From Acaryochloris marina S15 (GTDB taxonomy: Bacteria > Cyanobacteriota > Cyanobacteriia > Thermosynechococcales > Thermosynechococcaceae): a stretch of DNA of 32,000 bases. This document shows positions 26,337-32,000 of this stretch, one piece after another. Made by a program: the position numbers and the translations under genes. Position 1 is the stretch's first letter. Every line of letters starts with the position of its first letter. Location: assembly GCF_018336915.1 (NCBI RefSeq), contig NZ_CP064923.1, positions 4,890,001 through 4,922,000 on the forward strand, in the 5' to 3' direction. The notes beneath the pieces were generated by a model. It worked only from the letters and a program-made list of their open reading frames with translations, was not told the origin of the DNA and did not search any database.

Positions 26337-26610
26337 AAGACAGTCAGAGCAACGAAAATAGGCCCGATCATCTTGGTGAAATAGGCTCGCGTTACCTGAC
26401 TGGCATAACGGACAACACTGATCTAGAAGAGGAACGATATGGGTGGTCTGCGAAAGCTGATGAGTAGAAATGAGCGATTTGCTCCGATGACAGGCACTGA
26501 AGAATCATACTGGGTAGGCACGCCAATCTCACAGCAGGATAGATCAGATCTAAACATTTCATGATGCCCCAATAGTCTGAGGGGCAAGGATTACATGATG
26601 GCCTTGTCTC

Positions 26611-26642
26611 TGTAGTTGGGTTGCGATCGCAACCCAACTACA
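26611..26642. repeat. Perfect 32-nt palindrome centred on a HIP1 site (TGTAGTTGGGTTGCGATCGCAACCCAACTACA)
   Basis: I checked the reverse complement by hand and it is identical. The palindrome lies between two minus-strand methyltransferase genes and can form a hairpin of about 14 bp. Confidence 0.85.
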
Positions 26643-26774
26643 CCCACCCCCCAAAACACCCATCGCGCCAGCGCCATACAGCTCATAGCTTTTCTCCAAC
26701 AGCATGAGTCACCCTAGGTCTTGAAAATTCCACTGGCAACAGCATTCATGATCCATACAAACACTGACAGCCAA

Positions 26775-27500
26775 TTATCTGCCTAAAGTCAGTTTCTGAT
26801 ATCCCATAAGTCTGCGAATCCCCTTAAGCACACCCGAGGGCAGCTTTAGCAAAACATGGTGATGTATGAGCATCAGGCTATCAGGGAGCAATTTCTGCCC
26901 ACGTGTAGACCACCGAGCCAAGGTATCAGTCACTGTCTGGGCAAGCTCTTTGGTGGCATAGGTCGTCGTACCCGTAAACCCAATATTCTTAAATGCCTTG
27001 GATTGAAACAGGTATTTATCCACCACTCGTTTGGGTCCTAAATAGCCCATAAGCTGATTGAACGGGCTACTCGTCGAATCATGAAAGGCAATCGTTCCCC
27101 CTTCTACAACAAAAGGAGACCATAGCAAATAATCCTGCTCCACCATGTCATGTTCATGGTTCCCATCAATAAACAGCAACCCTATCGACTGGGTCCATCC
27201 TTCACAGGCCTCGGCTGATGTTTTAACCATCGGAGTCACTAACTCCCTAACACCAGCACTCGATACATTATGTTCAAACTCTTGATAAGAGTCTTCTTGG
27301 TGGGGGTCAACAGCATAGATAGGAACATTTTCGCCTGCCGCTGAGCCTTGGCTGAGGCAAATCGTTGACTTGCCTTTCCAGGAACCGATTTCTACGATGA
27401 CTGTTTCAGGGGGACAGGCCTTGGCTCTCGTATAAAGGAATTGTGCTTCTGTATCAGTAAGCCATCCCTTCACATAGTTAGGAATGTTGGGAATATTCAT
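26775..27500 (-). CDS. Class I SAM-dependent methyltransferase (Methyltransf_24 / cephalosporin-hydroxylase-like fold)
   Basis: VIVEIGSWKGKST (glycine-rich SAM loop), IYAVDPH, LLFIDGNHEHDMV and GGTIAFHD are typical of this subfamily. Confidence 0.72.
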   Translation of the reverse strand: MNIPNIPNYVKGWLTDTEAQFLYTRAKACPPETVIVEIGSWKGKSTICLSQGSAAGENVPIYAVDPHQEDSYQEFEHNVSSAGVRELVTPMVKTSAEACEGWTQSIGLLFIDGNHEHDMVEQDYLLWSPFVVEGGTIAFHDSTSSPFNQLMGYLGPKRVVDKYLFQSKAFKNIGFTGTTTYATKELAQTVTDTLARWSTRGQKLLPDSLMLIHHHVLLKLPSGVLKGIRRLMGYQKLTLGR

Positions 27501-27985
27501 AAGTCAAAAAGTGTTTGGTGGACAAACAGGCACTAGTATCTTGCTAGCTTCACTTGCTACTCTTTAACTGAAAAATTATGATGTTAGCTAACTAGACTAC
27601 AAAATCATCATAAATACAAGCCACCAAGACCTTGGTAATCTATCGCACATTGTTAATATTTTTAATAACTCAAAAATTATCTATCTCCGATCAAACCCAC
27701 ATACTCTTTTGACTCATAAGTTTGGTATGAAGAGAGAAAAATTCAATCTATAGATTTGTTCCTATAGTCCTTACTGCTTGTCCATTCCAGGTCTAGTCAG
27801 GCTACAACTTTATCCTTAGACAAAACCATATAGATTCCAATAAGATGGAGCTAAAAATCAGATAAAGCTCTTATATATCAATACTTTTGAGCAATAAATA
27901 GCCTTAAGTATAAGGGTATACATACTTGAAAGTATAATCCGTAGCATTCATTCTACAGAAGCATCAAAGCACATAAACATACAGA

Positions 27986-28013
27986 TTGAAGAGAATATTT
28001 CCATTCTCTTCAA
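27986..28013. other. Perfect 11-bp inverted repeat TTGAAGAGAAT-ATTTCC-ATTCTCTTCAA in an ORF-free spacer
   Basis: Read directly from the sequence. There is no flanking U/T tract on either strand. Confidence 0.35.
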
Positions 28014-28095
28014 CTAATAGCTTTCATCTATCTCAAGTCTAATTCAACGAATACAATTATTTTTCCAATCTCAGTGAATTTGCCTAGAACGATCC

Positions 28096-28143
28096 TAGCA
28101 AACTTGCTTGAAGTACCTCATACTTTTTCAGGCAAGTTTGCTA
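28096..28143 (-). terminator. Long stem-loop immediately downstream of the GT39-like gene (candidate terminator or processing site)
   Basis: The perfect 12-bp stem TAGCAAACTTGC/GCAAGTTTGCTA can be extended by T-G, TGAA/TTCA and G-T pairs around a 12-nt loop. It begins 18 nt past the stop at 28161 on the minus strand. There is no clear U-tract. Confidence 0.35.
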
Positions 28144-28160
28144 TCTGGGCTAAATCCCGA

Positions 28161-29627
28161 TCAGTCTGACTTCGGCGTTAGTAAGAACAGATCTACATCT
28201 TCGAACTCTTGCTTCTCTTGGAGTTGGAATTTATCGACGACTGCCTGTCGAAAGCGGTCATGGCCTTCATCCGTGACAAATGCCGTATGTTCATAGGTCA
28301 GCCACAGACGCGATTCAAACGTTGGAATATCTTCTAAGACCTGATCAATCTCTTCGAGTGTTCTATTTTTACTGACAATGTCCATAAATTGGGTGGGAGC
28401 TGAACCCTGGTAATAATACTTGAACACGGTTGGGTTAGCATGAACCGCAATCTGATCACCCGCCTGCACTTGCTGAGAGAGGGTTTGGACAACACCACGC
28501 CAGTCCGATCGATGAGTGTCAGCATAGTAGCGAGACAGCCCGCCACCCACAACAATGGAATAGAGAATGACAATCCCCAGGGCAACAGACCATTTCCACT
28601 TCCAAATTCGGGTAAACCCTGCGGCCAACATCACTAATGCATAGGGAGCGGTAAAGAGTAAATACCGTTCAATCCATAAAGAACTAGTGAGATAGGACGC
28701 TACAAAAACGGCTGACTGAGGAATAAACCACCAGACAATCACCCAACCAATCGATGACTTCCAAGGTTTGGTTGCGATCAGAAAAACAACCACTCCCACT
28801 AACACTAAGGTATAGATATTAATCAGCGGCCCTAACCAAGAGATATCAAAAGGCGGTTTTACCGACCAAATCGTAAACCGGGTTAGCATCCCCGGCAAAC
28901 TCTTCAGACCTGGACGAGGTTGATAAAGGGCCCAAGTTTGCAGAACATCTCCGCTCCCTTTAGCCGTAATTAAAAAAGTGGGTAAACAGGCAGCCCCCAG
29001 AAATAACGCACTGATACCAAACATCATCAGCAGTTTGTGATGTCGCCGAAAATGCCACCCTACCAGCAAAAAATCAGCAAATATCATCGCGATATTTAAG
29101 GGCGCTGTCAAAAACATCAACCACCGCGCAATCGCCCATGCAAAGACAGGGGCAACTTTATGCTCTTGCAAGGCTTGCGTGAGCGCTAATGTCCCGGCTA
29201 AGGCAAGACAAGTTCCCAAGGTATACATGCGGATTTCTTGGGCATGGTTGATAAATAAGGGCGAGAGCGTTAAAAGGAGTGCTGCCGTAACCCCTGTGAC
29301 TTTGCTATCCAGCCGAGTCCCTAATACATAAATTAAGCCAACACTGGCTAATGCAAATAGAACTGATAAACTCCTCATCCAAAACTCATTCGTTCCCAAT
29401 TGCATCCAAACGTGCAATATCAGAAAGTAGAGAGGGCGTGAGATTTTAAATTTAGTTCTAATATTAGTAGCATCTCGAATGCTAAAAGCCTCATCATTCC
29501 AAAGGCTTTCACTATCTAATTGATAGAAAAACAGAAAAATTGCGAGGATAAAAACAATGCCAAACGGCAGGAATTCTCGGATCGATTTATTGCCACTAAA
29601 TCTAGTGTCTAAGGATGATCTTTGCAT
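28161..29627 (-). CDS. GT39/ArnT-like (PMT_2) integral membrane glycosyltransferase with a C-terminal soluble domain
   Basis: The protein has many hydrophobic helices. The first-loop acidic motif ESLWNDEAFSI is typical of GT-C (GT39/GT83) enzymes. About 130 aa at the C-terminus are non-hydrophobic. Confidence 0.72.
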   Translation of the reverse strand: MQRSSLDTRFSGNKSIREFLPFGIVFILAIFLFFYQLDSESLWNDEAFSIRDATNIRTKFKISRPLYFLILHVWMQLGTNEFWMRSLSVLFALASVGLIYVLGTRLDSKVTGVTAALLLTLSPLFINHAQEIRMYTLGTCLALAGTLALTQALQEHKVAPVFAWAIARWLMFLTAPLNIAMIFADFLLVGWHFRRHHKLLMMFGISALFLGAACLPTFLITAKGSGDVLQTWALYQPRPGLKSLPGMLTRFTIWSVKPPFDISWLGPLINIYTLVLVGVVVFLIATKPWKSSIGWVIVWWFIPQSAVFVASYLTSSLWIERYLLFTAPYALVMLAAGFTRIWKWKWSVALGIVILYSIVVGGGLSRYYADTHRSDWRGVVQTLSQQVQAGDQIAVHANPTVFKYYYQGSAPTQFMDIVSKNRTLEEIDQVLEDIPTFESRLWLTYEHTAFVTDEGHDRFRQAVVDKFQLQEKQEFEDVDLFLLTPKSD

Positions 29628-29693
29628 TAGCTTCTATATCAGTAATCAGTTGCACTGAAATCGGTGGTTCAGTGGGCAGTTCGTGGGTTGCTG

Positions 29694-29702
29694 TGGGGGG
29701 GG
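29694..29702. repeat. G9 homopolymer (C9 on the coding strand) 67-75 nt upstream of the GT39-like start codon
   Basis: I counted nine consecutive G in gctgtGGGGGGGGGacac directly from the sequence. Confidence 0.9.
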
Positions 29703-29966
29703 ACACTTTTTATTCTCCTAGACCATAATATCTAGCAAGGTGGAGTTATGTCACGAAAACAGATCTTAACTACATCTCCTTTGCAAAACTGAGCGCAGAA
29801 TAAAGAAGACTAATTAATATTAGCTAGCCAATAAAAAGTCTACTTGTAGATTATCTTTAATCAGGCGCCCATCTTAGCTTTCACAGTAAAGGTTGAGCCG
29901 ACATAAATTTGCCACATCAGGAGGACAGGCTGGGAGCAGGGCTACTTTTGGAAGTGCAGACTTAAG

Positions 29967-29999
29967 GGATAGAGAGTTGCGATGCGCAACCCTCTATCC
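29967..29999 (-). terminator. 15-bp stem (one A-C mismatch) GGATAGAGAGTTGCG-ATG-CGCAACCCTCTATCC downstream of the GMC/DUF1080 gene
   Basis: Read directly from the sequence. The 3' arm CAACCCTCTATCC (29987-29999) is repeated at 30018-30030. No U-tract follows on the minus strand. Confidence 0.4.
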
Positions 30000-30047
30000 A
30001 TCCTCACTAATACCAGGCAACCCTCTATCCCCACTCATCAATAAGGA

Positions 30048-30074
30048 AGAGATCAACCGTATAAGCTGATCTCT
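30048..30074 (-). terminator. 8-bp stem-loop AGAGATCA-(11 nt)-TGATCTCT just after the stop of the GMC/DUF1080 gene
   Basis: Read directly from the sequence. On the minus strand it is followed by the moderately U-rich UCCUUAUUGAU. Confidence 0.35.
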
Positions 30075-30105
30075 GTTCTCAACGTTCAGGCAGAACGACT
30101 AAGCT

Positions 30106-32000
30106 TTATAACGGTCGGATCCGAATATTCCGAAACTGCACCACTTCGGTATGGCACTGCAAACCAATAAAGCCATCCGATCGCTTTGTGCCATTGGTAT
30201 TAGGTGCATTTGCTTGTCCCGGCGGCTGCAGCTCAGGAAACGTACCTTGACACACCAGCTGGTCGTTGAGTTTCACCTCAATCTGATTCCCTTCTAGCCT
30301 AATTTCATAGCTATTCCAGAAATCCCGACCATTGCCATCACGAGAGCTAATCTGCTTCGCAGCCCATTGCTGTGCCGGGAAGACTTCATACACGGCTCCC
30401 GTCCGATGAAACGGACTGCCATAGACGCTATTGGCAGGACTAAACTGTAAGCCCCGCTCATCAATTTGAACTTCTATCGATGAATTATAGAAGTTATCAC
30501 TGTCAAGAATTAGTGGCCTCGGGATGCGGAGAAAAATACCGGAATTGGCAGTAATATCAAAGCTTCTCCACTCTAACTTGAAGACAAAGTCCCTAAAGCT
30601 AGTGGGGGTATACCAAAGGACCCCAAGCACACTATTAAACCCAGGATTTTCAATACCAGCGCTCAGAATGGCTTGATCCCCATTGACATCGAAGAAGGGG
30701 ATTTGGCCATCAAACTGCCCCCCTACATATTGCCAACCATCGGCAGCATAGTTGCCAGTATAGAGGGGCTGAAACCCAGCTTCATCGGTGCTGGGCATAG
30801 CAGGCTGATACCGTTCCACAATCGAGCGGGCTACCTTACGGGCTAAGGCCAGACCGGTGGGTACGGGATTAGCGGATCCAGCCGTAGGGAATAGGGCTTG
30901 ATCGGCGCAATAGGCGTTGTAGATATGGTGAAATCTGCCATTTACATCCGTGACTGAGTTGCGGAAGTCTCTACCCATCCAGAGGGAGCCGCACTCATGG
31001 TAGGTGGTGCCAATGCCATCTTCGTCACTGGTCTCCCGATCCGGATCGAAATACTGGATATTGCCATTGGCATCGGTATCATCCGCACTCGCAAGAGGTT
31101 GCCCCGCTAAGGTAGAAATAAACTTAAAGGCGGAGCCGGACTGATCTTCTCGCACTTTTTTGTCAGCGGGGGTTTCTACAAATCGAACAAAAGCTTTAGG
31201 AACCCGCAATTCTTGGCCATTTTCAAAGTAGAGATCATCCCCAGTTCCCCCAAAGGGATTGACGTTCATCCAGCTGGTGGGGGAATTGATATTGCCAACA
31301 GCAGCGGTTTTATCCCCGAACATTTCCCCGCAGGTACGAATGCCGATAACGATGCGATCGCTAATCGGTCCTGAAGTTTGTGCTTCCAATATCTTGTCCA
31401 GCTCCTCAAAGTTAGGCACCATCCGGTAAAGGAATTCTTCGGGATTATTGGCGGCTCCGGGAAAGGCCGGGGTATTCATATTAGGAGCTGCATAAAACTG
31501 GAAATGAAACTGTCCTTCGCCCGCAGGGGTATTCGTTTTGCCTCGAATATTAAGGGCAGCCGTTTGCAGTTCAGTCTTGAGCTGGTCGGGCACCCCTAGG
31601 AGGTCACGCTTCACTTTCCAGACAAAGTTGCCGCGCACATGGGCCATTAAGTTGCGGCCCATCAGTTCTCCATTGGGCGCTAAGGCCGCAGGTCGCGGAA
31701 AAGAATTGAGGGCGAGGCGAGTGGAGTTGATGGTATTCCCAGCCAAGACAACGGAGGCACTAGGCTGGAGCGGCAACCGGACCACTTGGGCCTGGGTGGT
31801 GTCCTTAGGATTATCAGCAAACTGATTTTTCAAGGCCACCACGATTTCCGTGACCACCCCATTTACCGTTTCGAGTTTCAAGACTTCGGCATTGGGAACC
31901 AGAAACAGGCGGCGGGCATTATTATTGGCATTGGTTTGGTCGTTATCTTGGCGAATATTATCCAACAGCAAAGGCAAGCTGCTGAACTTATCCAGACTAA
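30106..32000 (-). CDS. GMC-family FAD oxidoreductase (pyranose/glycoside-oxidase-like) fused to a C-terminal DUF1080 (3-keto-disaccharide-hydrolase-like) domain; the N-terminus lies outside the window
   Basis: The GMC C-terminal block is TTYHECGSLWMGRDF..VTDVNGRFHHIYNAYCADQALFPTAGSANPVPTGLALA. The DUF1080 blocks are FVFKLEWRS...NSGIFLR, TGAVYEV and GFIGLQCHTEVVQFRNIRIRPL. The frame stays open upstream of the TTG at 31977 to the window end, and the FAD GxGxxG region is missing, so the gene is truncated by the window. Confidence 0.75.
   Translation of the reverse strand, partial: SLDKFSSLPLLLDNIRQDNDQTNANNNARRLFLVPNAEVLKLETVNGVVTEIVVALKNQFADNPKDTTQAQVVRLPLQPSASVVLAGNTINSTRLALNSFPRPAALAPNGELMGRNLMAHVRGNFVWKVKRDLLGVPDQLKTELQTAALNIRGKTNTPAGEGQFHFQFYAAPNMNTPAFPGAANNPEEFLYRMVPNFEELDKILEAQTSGPISDRIVIGIRTCGEMFGDKTAAVGNINSPTSWMNVNPFGGTGDDLYFENGQELRVPKAFVRFVETPADKKVREDQSGSAFKFISTLAGQPLASADDTDANGNIQYFDPDRETSDEDGIGTTYHECGSLWMGRDFRNSVTDVNGRFHHIYNAYCADQALFPTAGSANPVPTGLALARKVARSIVERYQPAMPSTDEAGFQPLYTGNYAADGWQYVGGQFDGQIPFFDVNGDQAILSAGIENPGFNSVLGVLWYTPTSFRDFVFKLEWRSFDITANSGIFLRIPRPLILDSDNFYNSSIEVQIDERGLQFSPANSVYGSPFHRTGAVYEVFPAQQWAAKQISSRDGNGRDFWNSYEIRLEGNQIEVKLNDQLVCQGTFPELQPPGQANAPNTNGTKRSDGFIGLQCHTEVVQFRNIRIRPL

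Noticed and set aside
26392-26637. An 81-aa minus-strand ORF upstream of the methyltransferase.
   Set aside because: It is in a different frame from, and overlaps, the in-frame zinc-ribbon segment that clearly belongs to the methyltransferase. Its N-terminal codons are simply the HIP1 palindrome.

Overview
This is a cyanobacterial-type chromosomal segment: the HIP1 octamer GCGATCGC occurs at least 10 times where fewer than 1 is expected. The left edge holds the 3' part of mnmG and a tRNA-Pro(UGG). From 1.8 to 19.8 kb there is a single-strand surface-polysaccharide locus. It contains an MBOAT O-acyltransferase with a putative partner and a GQSNM-type esterase, then a CDP-hexose branch (rfbF, rfbG, an RmlC-like epimerase and an SDR). 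It continues with a GT61-like transferase, a complete Kdo pathway (kdsD/kpsF-kdsB-kdsA-kdsC) followed by a KpsS/KpsC-like putative Kdo transferase, further GT-B transferases and two paralogous AT3 acyltransferases. No exporter or polymerase gene is visible. A 939-aa NACHT/HEAT-repeat STAND NTPase lies at 19.8-22.7 kb on the minus strand. Divergent from it is the most unusual element: three tandem tRNA-shaped RNAs (22838-23239) in which the anticodon arm is replaced by a 60-70 nt extension. They sit directly upstream of an Ro60 orthologue (rsr, TROVE+vWA), and the unit ends at a strong intrinsic terminator. I interpret them as Y-RNA-like partners of Rsr with an apparently permuted topology: an open tRNA acceptor end and a GNRA-capped helix with a bulged C that resembles the Ro-binding helix. 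This is inference from the sequence only. The right part, all on the minus strand, holds a low-GC Cys-rich orphan ORF and two SAM methyltransferases, one with a zinc ribbon that lacks a canonical start codon. It also holds a 660-bp ORF-free AT-rich spacer, a GT39/ArnT-like membrane glycosyltransferase with a G9 tract upstream, and a GMC-oxidoreductase/DUF1080 fusion that runs off the window.
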